Position numbers and translations under genes: made by a program | Virus record (IMG/VR): IMGVR_UViG_3300045988_052165 | Coordinates: 1-42,549 of that record | Direction: 5' to 3' (one strand) | Length of the DNA: 42,549 bases | Source: a virus | Part shown: positions 1 through 8,078 of the stretch, one piece after another | Layout: each line of letters opens with the position of its first letter | Position numbering within the stretch: position 1 is the stretch's first letter | The notes under the pieces: generated by a model | Seen by the model: only the letters and a program-made list of their open reading frames with translations | The model's database searches: none | Told to the model about the DNA's origin: nothing

Positions 1-59
1 CAAAAAACCAGGCGAACGAATCATCATCGTTTCGCCTGGTTTTCGTCAGAAAATCGTCA
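1..59. repeat. Terminal direct repeat, copy 1 (identical to 42491..42549)
   Basis: Read directly: caaaaaaccaggcgaacgaatcatcatcgtttcgcctggttttcgtcagaaaatcgtca occurs at both ends of the window. Confidence 0.98.
2..43. terminator. Bidirectional rho-independent terminator
   Basis: A6, then ACCAGGCGAA(CGA), a 7-nt loop, (TCG)tTTCGCCTGGT, then a T-run. The stem is about 13 bp with one bulge. Read on the minus strand it is followed by TTTTTT, directly after the last late gene (68..304). Confidence 0.8.
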
Positions 60-67
60 ATTTGTGG

Positions 68-304
68 TCAAATAACTAGGTCATCCGGGAGCGTGGCACT
101 GTACCCCTTGACTGCATCATATTTCTGCTGCAATCTTCGGACAACCCTGGTTATCGTGGCTTGGGACACATGGAGATTTTGTGATTGCCATATCTGGCTT
201 TTCCCGGCGGCACGGGTGGTTAGGACATCCATTTCCAGTGACGTTAGATACGCCAGCCTGTCAAATTCTTTCACAACCACCCGGTTTATCCGGGATTTAT
301 CCAT
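68..304 (-). CDS. Small HTH protein, sigma-70 region 4 / LuxR-type (possible regulator)
   Basis: 78 aa. The segment LTSLEMDVLTTRAAGKSQIWQSQNLHVSQATITRVVRRLQQKY has the pattern of a region-4 type helix-turn-helix. It is the terminal gene of the late operon, just before the terminator. Confidence 0.55.
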   Translation of the reverse strand: MDKSRINRVVVKEFDRLAYLTSLEMDVLTTRAAGKSQIWQSQNLHVSQATITRVVRRLQQKYDAVKGYSATLPDDLVI

Positions 305-312
305 TTATGGCA

Positions 313-570
313 TCAGTCCTCCTTGGGGGAGCTGTAAGTTCTTGCCTGTTTACTGTCAGCGATACCGGCGGTGGTGGGGTCGTTCACAACGCCCAGGATC
401 ACCAGCAGGGCAAACACGGCGTTCACCACGGCCAGCAGCTTGTCGCCGATCTCGCCCAAGTCCAGCGTAAAGCCGAACAGGGCGGCCACCGTCTGCACCA
501 GCAGTAGCAGCGCGGGAATCGCGGCCAGCCAGAAATTTTTGTTTTTGATACGGACAATCCAGTTAATCAT
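313..570 (-). CDS. Holin, phage phi-LC3 family-like
   Basis: 85 aa from ATG 570, with AAGGAGGA upstream. The track ORF 313..717 carries an Arg/Cys-rich N-extension that overlaps the upstream gene. N-terminus MINWIVRIKNKNFW, two hydrophobic segments, and a GVVNDPTTAGIADS tail. Confidence 0.8.
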   Translation of the reverse strand: MINWIVRIKNKNFWLAAIPALLLLVQTVAALFGFTLDLGEIGDKLLAVVNAVFALLVILGVVNDPTTAGIADSKQARTYSSPKED

Positions 571-590
571 TTTGTTTTCCTCCTTAAAAA

Positions 591-896
591 TCAGCCCAGC
601 CCAAGCCGGGCAAGAATAAACCCTACAACAGCGGCTACGACGATGTAGATGACCTTTTCCACAACGCCCTTCCACCGCTTGCCGGGTTCGGCTTTCAGCT
701 CCTGCACGTCCGCGCAAAGGCCGTCAACCTTATCCCCGGTAACTTCCACACGTTCAGCCATCACCGCAACAGACGTTGCCAGCGTGTTCAGCGCTTCCGT
801 TTGCTTTTCCAGAGCGTCCAGCCGGTGAGAGTTGGATTTCCCCCGCTGCTCTACAGCGGAAATCCACTTGGTGATCTCAGCTTCTTCCATTGGCAT
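591..896 (-). CDS. xhlA: XhlA-like holin-associated membrane protein
   Basis: 101 aa with an N-terminal coiled coil (LDALEKQTEALNTLATSV) and a single C-terminal TM (VIYIVVAAVVGFILARLGLG). SD spacing suggests the true start may be the second ATG at 890. Confidence 0.7.
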   Translation of the reverse strand: MPMEEAEITKWISAVEQRGKSNSHRLDALEKQTEALNTLATSVAVMAERVEVTGDKVDGLCADVQELKAEPGKRWKGVVEKVIYIVVAAVVGFILARLGLG

Positions 897-905
897 ACTC
901 CCTTC

Positions 906-1520
906 TCAGTCGTTCCAACGGCTGTATTTCCCGTTGTCCTCGTGGATACCCCATCCGTACAGCCCCAGACCGCCCCGCCCGGGGATTTTCTCGGCCTGTA
1001 CCTCCTGCGCTATGGCATACAGCTTCTCCGGGGAGATAGCCCCTGAGAGGTCTACGGCCTGCCCCGTGGTGTGCAGGGAGTTGGATACTCCGCCCACCTC
1101 GGCATTGTGCCGCTTGCACCGCACACCGGAATTTACATTCAGGGGAACTCCCGCCCGGCGGCGTATCTCATCGGCCATGCGGACGGTTCCCTCTGCGGGT
1201 TCTGCGGGGAAGCCGTTGCAGTATTTCCCGCCGCACTGGCACCGGAACTCCTCACGGGTGAAGTACTTGATGTCGTCCCAAAACGTCCCGGTTTTCGGTG
1301 CGTCGCTGCTCTCCGGCTTCTCCACCTTTACCGCCGTCCCGGCAATGGCACCAATCAGCATTTTCTGGGTAGCCGCACCCGGTATCCCGTCCACGGTAAG
1401 CCCATAGTCGGCCTGAAACGCCCGGATAGCCCCTTGGGTGTTCCTGCCCTCGATGCCGTCAATTGTGCCTGTAGAATAGCCCAGATAGGTCAACAAGCAT
1501 TGGATTTGCTTTACAGTCAT
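906..1520 (-). CDS. Endolysin: PG_binding_1 domain + peptidase M15A-type Zn peptidase
   Basis: Start ATG 1520 overlaps the upstream stop (ATGA). The PG-binding repeat is LTYLGYSTGTIDGIEGRNTQGAIRAFQADYGLTVDGIPG. M15 motifs are SGVRCKRHNAEVGGVSNSLHTTGQAVDL and a C-terminal WGIHED. Confidence 0.85.
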   Translation of the reverse strand: MTVKQIQCLLTYLGYSTGTIDGIEGRNTQGAIRAFQADYGLTVDGIPGAATQKMLIGAIAGTAVKVEKPESSDAPKTGTFWDDIKYFTREEFRCQCGGKYCNGFPAEPAEGTVRMADEIRRRAGVPLNVNSGVRCKRHNAEVGGVSNSLHTTGQAVDLSGAISPEKLYAIAQEVQAEKIPGRGGLGLYGWGIHEDNGKYSRWND

Positions 1521-1966
1521 ACGTTCACCTCTTCCCAGCCCTGGGGGTATGCGGATGGCGACCATACATTATTGTCCAACGTGGAGCGGTACACTTTACT
1601 GCCCTCCGTGCAGCAGTCGCCCTTATTGTAGGGGCTGGTAGACATGGCGACGAATGGCAACGCTTTCGCTGGGTCGGTGCTCCAAGCGAACCCCCACTGT
1701 GCGGGAAGCTCTTCCGGTTCCTGGGTGTAGATAGTGCTGTCATAGGGCTGCACCAGCCGCACCACACGGCCAGCAGATGATCGGCACACAAACCCGGCCT
1801 TGCGCTCCAGCATGTTTTTGTTTGCGACAGCAGCCTTGAAACTGGGAATGTCGCTATCCGTCGCGTACAGTTCGGTGCCTGTCATGTCCGGGGCTTTCTC
1901 CTGCAAGGCAAGCGCGTTCGCCCGCCCCTGGGCATACATGATGCTTTTTCTTTCCTCTTGTGTCAC
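1517..1966 (-). CDS. Hypothetical protein with C-terminal carbohydrate-binding (CBM5/12-like) aromatic motif
   Basis: 149 aa with a GTG start overlapping the upstream stop. The C-terminus YNKGDCCTEGSKVYRSTLDNNVWSPSAYPQGWEEV resembles chitin/cell-wall binding modules. Confidence 0.6.
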   Translation of the reverse strand: MTQEERKSIMYAQGRANALALQEKAPDMTGTELYATDSDIPSFKAAVANKNMLERKAGFVCRSSAGRVVRLVQPYDSTIYTQEPEELPAQWGFAWSTDPAKALPFVAMSTSPYNKGDCCTEGSKVYRSTLDNNVWSPSAYPQGWEEVNV

Positions 1967-2085
1967 AGACTGTCAACCCCTTTCTTGTAGGCTTCATCCA
2001 GCTCTTTAAGCTGTTCCTCGCCGCCGCTGGCTTTTATTTCCGCGATTTTCGCAAGGATAGCGTTTTTTCTTTCTTCTATCGTCAT
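1963..2085 (-). CDS. Small hypothetical protein (40 aa, below the ORF-track cutoff)
   Basis: MTIEERKNAILAKIAEIKASGGEEQLKELDEAYKKGVDSL. Its ATG overlaps the upstream TGA (ATGA) and its TGA overlaps the downstream GTG, so it fills the 1966-2082 gap exactly. Confidence 0.5.
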   Translation of the reverse strand: MTIEERKNAILAKIAEIKASGGEEQLKELDEAYKKGVDSL

Positions 2086-2336
2086 GCGTTCACCCCCAGA
2101 GCGGTTTCAATTTCAGTCAACGCAGATTCATACTCGGTGATCTTATTTTGTGCTTCTTCCAGCGGGGTGAGGATTTCCACCCCGCCTCGATAGAATTTAC
2201 CATTGCTGTAGGTATCGCCGATAGCCACAGGACGGTCTGCGGGGTTGATTAGGAATTCAGTTTCAGGCTCGGAATCGGAGCACCATAGCATATTAGTCAC
2301 GGTGCCGTTTTCGATGAGTGCCATTGATTTTGCCAT
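2082..2336 (-). CDS. Hypothetical protein downstream of the fibre genes
   Basis: 84 aa, tightly coupled to both neighbours, with non-junk composition. Confidence 0.6.
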   Translation of the reverse strand: MAKSMALIENGTVTNMLWCSDSEPETEFLINPADRPVAIGDTYSNGKFYRGGVEILTPLEEAQNKITEYESALTEIETALGVNA

Positions 2337-3316
2337 TATGCAGCCCCCCTTGCATTTCGGATGATTACGATGCCGGAGCCGCCTGAGCCACCGCTCGGAG
2401 CAGTCCCATTAGAGGTTTCACTATATTTTCCTCCGCTGCCACCGTCGCCAGTGTTTGCTTGCCCATTCTTCTTAGAGACACCGCTGCCGCCAGTAGCATA
2501 CAGCTTACCTGTGCTCTCTCCAAATTCTCTTGTTGTGGTGCCTTGGCCAGCTCCGGCATTTGTTCCGCCGCCGCCATTGGTGGCGCCCTCATGACCCTCA
2601 TTTCCACCACCAGAACCGCCATTTCCGCCGGAACCACTTTGGGGCGCTCCGCCTCCTTTTGCCGTAAATGAAAAGGCAGATGTGTCTCCGCCGGCGCTTC
2701 CGTTTTCTTTTGGGTCTGTCCATGGGGCTGCCGCACCGGCACCGATGTTGATAGAATATGGTGTGTTTATGGTCACTGAAACACCTGTTTTTGTCATGGT
2801 GTACCCGGCTCCTGCCCCTCCACCTCGCTGATCGGGCTGGACATATCCGCTAGCCCAGACACCATTACCGCCAGCTCCTCCTCCTCCAACAAGGAAGACG
2901 TCGATACCGCCCTCTGCACCATTGAGGTTGGTAAATGTCAGCGTACCGGAGGTGAGGAAGCGGATTTTCCAGTTGCCCTGAGATACGGTGATAGGCTCGT
3001 CAGAATCGTTGACAATTTCATAATTGCCAGTGTAAGTAAATTCGGGGATGGTGTTAAACGAAATTGCCGTGCTGTAATCGGTTGTGATCACAACATTCTT
3101 TTGGGCAGTCTTACCGTCACCGGTGATGGTAACAGTCCACGTCCCGCTTGCAAGCCCCTTGAATACCACAACACCCGTTGTTCCGGAGCTCTTGGTCTTT
3201 GTCTTGCCGTCCTTACTGATAGTCACGGTGACGTTCGCCGGGGCTGTGACGGTCAGGGTACCGCCGGAACCGCCGCCGCTGGCACCAAATCCATATAAAG
3301 GCACTGCAATGCTCAT
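2336..3316 (-). CDS. Glycine-rich fibre/receptor-binding-like protein
   Basis: 326 aa. The N-terminus is a beta-sandwich-like module (TLTVTAPANVTVTISKDGKT..TWTVTITGDGKT). The C-terminus has GGGGAGGNG / GGSGGGNEG / GDGGSGG / GGSGGSGIVIIR glycine-rich repeats. Confidence 0.65.
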   Translation of the reverse strand: MSIAVPLYGFGASGGGSGGTLTVTAPANVTVTISKDGKTKTKSSGTTGVVVFKGLASGTWTVTITGDGKTAQKNVVITTDYSTAISFNTIPEFTYTGNYEIVNDSDEPITVSQGNWKIRFLTSGTLTFTNLNGAEGGIDVFLVGGGGAGGNGVWASGYVQPDQRGGGAGAGYTMTKTGVSVTINTPYSINIGAGAAAPWTDPKENGSAGGDTSAFSFTAKGGGAPQSGSGGNGGSGGGNEGHEGATNGGGGTNAGAGQGTTTREFGESTGKLYATGGSGVSKKNGQANTGDGGSGGKYSETSNGTAPSGGSGGSGIVIIRNARGAA

Positions 3317-3909
3317 ACGTACACCTCCACCGCAATCGGAATATCCACCGTTGGCTTGTCCTCAAGGCAGGTGAACGTCATCACGCTACCATCCCGGGAA
3401 GCGAAGCTGACCATGCCGCACGCCTCTTTCAGCGCAAGATTGGTGGCCGTGTCGCTTCCGTACACCGGATAGGCCATAGCTTTCTTTGCGTCCGTCAGGC
3501 CGGTGATGGTCACAGACTGGACATACGGCGCACTGCCAGTCCACCCGGCAACGGTCAGTGTTGCGGAGACGGAAACTGTTTTGACGCCGTTCAGCGCCGT
3601 GTCCACGTAGCTCTTGTTCGCCGCGTCGGCATTATCCGAAGGCGCGCCCAACCCTGTGACCTTGTTCCCGCTCATGGCGATATCCCCGGTCATGGTGCCG
3701 CCCGTTCTGTCCAGAAGGCCGTCTGTGCTGACGACATAGTCGTTGATGGCGGGAACGACCTTTTCGTTTATGAACTTCTTGATGGCGATTCCCGCCTCGT
3801 CGAACTTTGCCTTGAATCCCGCCTCGGTAAGGCCGTCATCCGTATTGGGGCGTCTGCCCAGCTTCTGAATGACCTCCATGTCTGCGGTCAGTTCCGGTAT
3901 CTTTGCCAT
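3313..3909 (-). CDS. Fibre protein (tail- or head-fibre-like)
   Basis: 198 aa. The motif GGTMTGDIAMSGNKVTGLGAPSDNADAANKSYVD is the conserved N-proximal motif of many phage fibre proteins. Confidence 0.65.
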   Translation of the reverse strand: MAKIPELTADMEVIQKLGRRPNTDDGLTEAGFKAKFDEAGIAIKKFINEKVVPAINDYVVSTDGLLDRTGGTMTGDIAMSGNKVTGLGAPSDNADAANKSYVDTALNGVKTVSVSATLTVAGWTGSAPYVQSVTITGLTDAKKAMAYPVYGSDTATNLALKEACGMVSFASRDGSVMTFTCLEDKPTVDIPIAVEVYV

Positions 3910-5613
3910 TTATGCTCCCTCCCTGTTCAGAGCCCTTTGCAGCGCTCCGTTTCCGCCGCCGCCATTGACGGGCATATCCTCCGACGTGGTCTGTACGCTC
4001 ATTCCCGTTCCCGGATTCCCGGCGGGAGCGCTGACCATGGCCGCCGCTTCAAAATCGTCCAGAAGCTCCTGTTTCTTGGTGATATAGCCGTTGGGGAGCC
4101 GCTCAATGTACTGCTTCGGCGTGATCAGATGGTTCATGAGAAGATTGTCCAGCGTCTGCATGGAGGCCATTTCCGACCAGTAGGAACAGGCGCCCACGTC
4201 CTGCTTAATGGACATTTGCAGCTCCCTCAAAACGCCGAAATCAAACGGCCGCATAAAGGTCTGCTTGGGCAGCTGCATTCCCAGGGGCTGCTCACCGGGC
4301 TTGTCCATGTCCAGGGAAGTCTCCACCATGCGGGTGCCGTACTTCGCCGCCATCATGTCAAGCCAGATTCTTCCCGCTTCCTCCATGCACTGGTAGTCGT
4401 TCTGCTTGGTCAGCTCCATGGGGGTGTTGGCCGCCCGCTGCAAGGCGATAATCGCACTTGTGGTCTCAATCCGGGCGTCTCCCATAGCCACATCAGACGC
4501 GCCCAGCAGAGAGTGGGTCTTGTCAAAGCTCAGCTCGATAAACTGGGCAATCTGGGGGCTGACGGACGCGCCGTCGATGATCTTCGCCACATTGTTCACG
4601 TCTCCGGAAATGCCGATGGCCGTTCCCACGCTGCCGTCCCAGTGCTTGATCTTGTTCCGGTCATAGACCACCTTGGGGAACGCCGTGGTCAGAAGGGAGA
4701 TACCAACAAGGGCGAACATTTTGTTGATAAACTTCTGATTGGGCAGCATTCCGGTGACCAGCGCCTGACCGTGGTAGCAGTCCCGGATATAGTCCCAGTT
4801 AATCCAGATCAGCGGATACAGGCTGTAGCCGGTGTCATAGGCATTCCGAAGAATCCCCTTCTCCGTGCTTTCCATGCACCAGATGGTGCGGGTGTCCCGG
4901 TTCCGGAAATAGTAGGTCAGCACCGTCACCTTGTCGTCGGTGTAGCTGTCATATTTGTTCTGGAATTTATCGGAATCCGCCGTAATGCTGTCCGGGTCGT
5001 CAATGCCGCACTGCCCGGCCTTTTTCAGCTCCTCCGCCCGCCATCGGACGTCCTCCACCAGCTCCCGGCGCACAAGGATGATCCAGGGCTGACGCTGGAC
5101 ATCCCGGCAATTGGGATTGCCGAACAGTACCCGGAGGTTGTCCACAATCTCCGCCACGATCTCGCCCTTCACGTCCTGACCGTTTTCGATGGTGGGGTCA
5201 AAGTAGAAGTGCATACAGCCGTCGCCGGTAACGGCGGCGTTGCGCAGAAACTCCCGGTTCTTGGCCACGATCCGGTTGCGCTCGATAATGGCGGCAAACT
5301 GGTGGTTGATGATCTCGGCGAAGCCTTCCAGCTCTCTCTGGGTATACCGGGAGGTGGAGGGCAGGGGCGTCACCTGAATGGTCATATTGTCTGACGTAAT
5401 GGTGGACACCTGGAAGTTGATGATCCGCTTGAACATGTTGTAGGTGGGGGTAGGCAGGCCGTTGCTCTCCACGCCCTCCCATTGATTCCCAATAAAGAAA
5501 TCCTCGTTGACCTTCACCGTGTCATACAGGCCGATCTGCTGGTTGAAGCCGTAGGCTTTTTCGTAGCGCTTCTGGATCTCCTCGTTGGTGGGAATCTTCT
5601 GTTTTCCGCTCAT
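3910..5613 (-). CDS. Portal protein
   Basis: 567 aa with NEDFFIGNQWEG near the N-terminus. Size, position in the head module and an acidic/Gly-rich C-tail all fit a portal. Confidence 0.75.
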   Translation of the reverse strand: MSGKQKIPTNEEIQKRYEKAYGFNQQIGLYDTVKVNEDFFIGNQWEGVESNGLPTPTYNMFKRIINFQVSTITSDNMTIQVTPLPSTSRYTQRELEGFAEIINHQFAAIIERNRIVAKNREFLRNAAVTGDGCMHFYFDPTIENGQDVKGEIVAEIVDNLRVLFGNPNCRDVQRQPWIILVRRELVEDVRWRAEELKKAGQCGIDDPDSITADSDKFQNKYDSYTDDKVTVLTYYFRNRDTRTIWCMESTEKGILRNAYDTGYSLYPLIWINWDYIRDCYHGQALVTGMLPNQKFINKMFALVGISLLTTAFPKVVYDRNKIKHWDGSVGTAIGISGDVNNVAKIIDGASVSPQIAQFIELSFDKTHSLLGASDVAMGDARIETTSAIIALQRAANTPMELTKQNDYQCMEEAGRIWLDMMAAKYGTRMVETSLDMDKPGEQPLGMQLPKQTFMRPFDFGVLRELQMSIKQDVGACSYWSEMASMQTLDNLLMNHLITPKQYIERLPNGYITKKQELLDDFEAAAMVSAPAGNPGTGMSVQTTSEDMPVNGGGGNGALQRALNREGA

Positions 5614-5909
5614 TATTCGGCTTCACCGCCCATCCGCTCGGCCTGACGGCTTTTCCTCGCCGCCTCCAGGGGGTCAAAGCCCAGAATCCCGGAAATGCCC
5701 AGATTAAAATCATTCACGGACTTGACCGCCTCCTTTGCCGCCTCATAGTCCGGGACAAGCCCCTGCTCCAGGACGTTGACCCGGTGGCTCAGCTTTCGGA
5801 GGCTTTCGGCTTCCTCCCGGTAGTGCGCCCGCTTGCGCCGGTCGGAGACAACCACCGCGCCCAGAACGAGACAGGCCACTAGAATATTCAGAATCATGAG
5901 AATTGTCAT
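5613..5909 (-). CDS. Small membrane-anchored hypothetical protein
   Basis: 98 aa with a strong SD (AAGGAGGAcacaATG). The N-terminal TM is MTILMILNILVACLVLGAVVV, followed by a charged helical tail. Confidence 0.6.
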   Translation of the reverse strand: MTILMILNILVACLVLGAVVVSDRRKRAHYREEAESLRKLSHRVNVLEQGLVPDYEAAKEAVKSVNDFNLGISGILGFDPLEAARKSRQAERMGGEAE

Positions 5910-5929
5910 TGTGTCCTCCTTACTTGGGA

Positions 5930-5949
5930 AGGGGCGGTTTCCCGCCCCT
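5930..5949 (-). terminator. GC hairpin just after the capsid gene (weak terminator/attenuator)
   Basis: GGGGCGG-tttc-CCGCCCC lies 7 nt downstream of the capsid stop. No clear T-run follows on the minus strand. Confidence 0.3.
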
Positions 5950-5955
5950 CATAAA

Positions 5956-7032
5956 TCAGGCCTGATCCTTCGCCGCGACAGCGGAGTTGAACATGCCGGC
6001 CTTTGCCGCATAAGCCCGCAGGCGGTCGCCGCTGGCCAGGGTGACGGCGGCGGTGTAAGCCTTGGCCTCCACGGAATACCGGGGGTCAGAGCCGTCGGTG
6101 GTGTAGTAGACGGTGGCGCCGCTGGTGGTGGTCTCAATGGTGGCAGCCTTGCCGCTCATGGTGATGGTGGGGGTTTTCACCACGGTGCTGGGGGCGCAGG
6201 CCACGAGAACGCCGTCGGCCTTCTTGCCCAGGACAAAGGCGTCGTACATCATACGGAACTCGATCAGATCGCCGGACAGGCCGGGAGGATCGACGTGACC
6301 CTTGAAGTCCTTGATCTTCATGGGGGAGATGACGGACTTCTTGTGCAGGATCATGAACACCACGTTGGCGGGCATCCGGTCGTTGGACATGGGCAGGACG
6401 TTCATGCCGGAGATCTGACCCACGGTGCCCTTGGGCAGGGTCTTGCCGCCCAGGGAATCCAGGTTGACCCACTGCTTCGCCAGCTGGAGGGTGTCCAGAT
6501 ACTCGTAGGGAATCAGCAGACTTACGTCGCCCTTGACGCCCTTGTCCCGCTGCTTGTTCCGCGCCTTGATGATGTAGCCAATGATGGTGTCGGTGGTGGG
6601 GGTCGCGGTCAGCTCCTCGTGCATACCGGCGTTTTCCGCCCACTTCTTCAGGCGGTAGGTGTCCACCTCGGGGATGATATGCTCCTCCCGTTCCGCCTTC
6701 ATGATGGCACCGACCTTGTGCTTGTCCATGACCTCCATGTTGTTGCCCTTATCCACGGACAGGCTCAGGGACTTGTCCTGGGTCATGGTGAAGGTCTGCT
6801 CCTCGTTGCCCACTTCCTTGGTGTCGCCGTACCGGCTGCCGGTACCCACGCCCTTGGTGCGGTCGTAATCCTGAAGGGGTTCGGTTCTCAGGCTCTTGAC
6901 ATGGACGGTCTTCACGCCGGAAAACTCCATATCCAGACTGTGGTCAAAGAGGCCGTCGGTCTCGGATGCCTTGTCGAAGCCCTCCATCAGGGCGGCCTTG
7001 TACTTTTCGTCAAAATGAATGGTTGCGCTCAT
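5956..7032 (-). CDS. Major capsid protein with C-terminal Ig-like (chitobiase/Fn3-associated type) domain
   Basis: 358 aa with a strong SD (TAAGGAGGAaatttATG), located after the scaffold gene. The C-terminal ~75 aa (TPTITMSGKAATIETTTSGATVYYTTDGSDPRYS..AYAAKAGMFNSAV) match the 'xxIYYTTDGSxP' surface-domain pattern. Confidence 0.75.
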   Translation of the reverse strand: MSATIHFDEKYKAALMEGFDKASETDGLFDHSLDMEFSGVKTVHVKSLRTEPLQDYDRTKGVGTGSRYGDTKEVGNEEQTFTMTQDKSLSLSVDKGNNMEVMDKHKVGAIMKAEREEHIIPEVDTYRLKKWAENAGMHEELTATPTTDTIIGYIIKARNKQRDKGVKGDVSLLIPYEYLDTLQLAKQWVNLDSLGGKTLPKGTVGQISGMNVLPMSNDRMPANVVFMILHKKSVISPMKIKDFKGHVDPPGLSGDLIEFRMMYDAFVLGKKADGVLVACAPSTVVKTPTITMSGKAATIETTTSGATVYYTTDGSDPRYSVEAKAYTAAVTLASGDRLRAYAAKAGMFNSAVAAKDQA

Positions 7033-7050
7033 AAATTTCCTCCTTAAATC

Positions 7051-7093
7051 AAAAAATGAGCCGCGGCTGTCCCGTTGGGATCAGCTTCGGCTC
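7051..7093 (-). terminator. Intrinsic-terminator-like hairpin between the scaffold and capsid genes
   Basis: On the minus strand, GAGCCGaaGCTGatCCC-aac-GGGaCAGCcgCGGCTC is followed by ATTTTTTGATTT. It sits 25 nt after the scaffold stop and just before the capsid SD. Confidence 0.5.
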
Positions 7094-7117
7094 TTGGCTC
7101 CTGTTTGTTTATTCTGT

Positions 7118-8005
7118 TTATGCGAATGCCGACATGAAGTCGTCAAAATCGCTCTTTCCTCTCTGCCCGCCGGAATCCTTCTGGCTTCCGGGGGAGCTTG
7201 AGCGGTTTTCCCGGTTCTTCTTCTCGGCTGCCAGCTGACGTTCCAGCTCGGCGATTCTGGCTTCCTTCTGGGCGGCCTCGTACTTCTGGTAGGCACTCAG
7301 GAGGGTCATACCGGCCTGTACATCGGGGGTCAGCTTGTTCACAAGCTCGTCCGTGAACTCCACCTCCGGATAGCTCCGGCGGAACTCGTCCACCTCCCGC
7401 TGTGCCCGATTCTGGCTGCTTTCCTCCGCCTCCTTCTGTTTGTCCTTCTCCGCGTTGACCGCGTCCAGACCCTTTTGCAGTCGGGCGTTCTGAAGCTCCA
7501 GCTTCGCCTCCGTCTCCGTGCGTCCCTCGCCCTTCCGGTAGCTGACATACAGCATTTCCGCCAGCTCGTTCAGGGGGGTTCCGGTTTTTTCCGCCAGGGT
7601 GGTCATGATCTCCATCACGTCCTTCTGGCCGTCCAGCTGGGTTTTCAGCTCCTGAATGGTCTGCTGGGCACGCTCCTTGACCCGGTCGTAATCCGCACCC
7701 TTCTGGGCAAGGGCGGTCATTTCGGCAAGGCCGACGGTTCGCTCCTCCTTGTTGACCTTGATGGTGAAGGTCTGCTCGGCATCCGGCTTGTCCGATTCCT
7801 CCGGGGCGTCGACTTCCCCGCCGGTATCTTCTCCGGTTCCCCCGTCAGGTTTTTCCGCTCCCTCATCGGCCACGGTGGTTTCCTGTTCCGTGTCAGCCTG
7901 CTCTTCGGTCTGTGCGCCGGTTTCCTGGTCGGTCACGGTCTGGTTGCCGTCCCCGTCAAAAGCCGCCACAAAGTCCTGGTAGCCGCTGTCCATCGTTTCT
8001 TCCAT
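7118..8005 (-). CDS. Scaffolding protein
   Basis: 295 aa with a very acidic N-terminus, long coiled-coil segments, and a C-terminal SDFDDFMSAFA. It lies between terL and the capsid gene. Confidence 0.7.
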   Translation of the reverse strand: MEETMDSGYQDFVAAFDGDGNQTVTDQETGAQTEEQADTEQETTVADEGAEKPDGGTGEDTGGEVDAPEESDKPDAEQTFTIKVNKEERTVGLAEMTALAQKGADYDRVKERAQQTIQELKTQLDGQKDVMEIMTTLAEKTGTPLNELAEMLYVSYRKGEGRTETEAKLELQNARLQKGLDAVNAEKDKQKEAEESSQNRAQREVDEFRRSYPEVEFTDELVNKLTPDVQAGMTLLSAYQKYEAAQKEARIAELERQLAAEKKNRENRSSSPGSQKDSGGQRGKSDFDDFMSAFA

Positions 8006-8078
8006 TGTGTGTTCTCCTTTCGTTTTCGGCTCTGGTAGGCCGTATATTCACGCCTGTGGTAGGGCGCAAATTTCTGAT

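Noticed and set aside
1-59. The terminal repeat as IS/transposon ends or a long terminal repeat.
   Set aside because: The copies are direct, not inverted, and sit exactly at the window ends. They contain an ordinary terminator and there is no transposase. Circular closure is the simplest explanation.
313-717. N-terminal extensions of track ORFs (313..717, 906..1565, 9464..9766, 10491..10958, 19592..20050, 22444..22680, 25310..25861, 26025..27092, 29815..30129, 30991..31893, 33118..33414, 33433..34281, 38239..38757, 39069..39794, 39677..40831).
   Set aside because: The extensions overlap upstream genes or a tRNA, are compositionally odd, and lack SDs. Internal starts with good GGAGG-type SDs were used instead.
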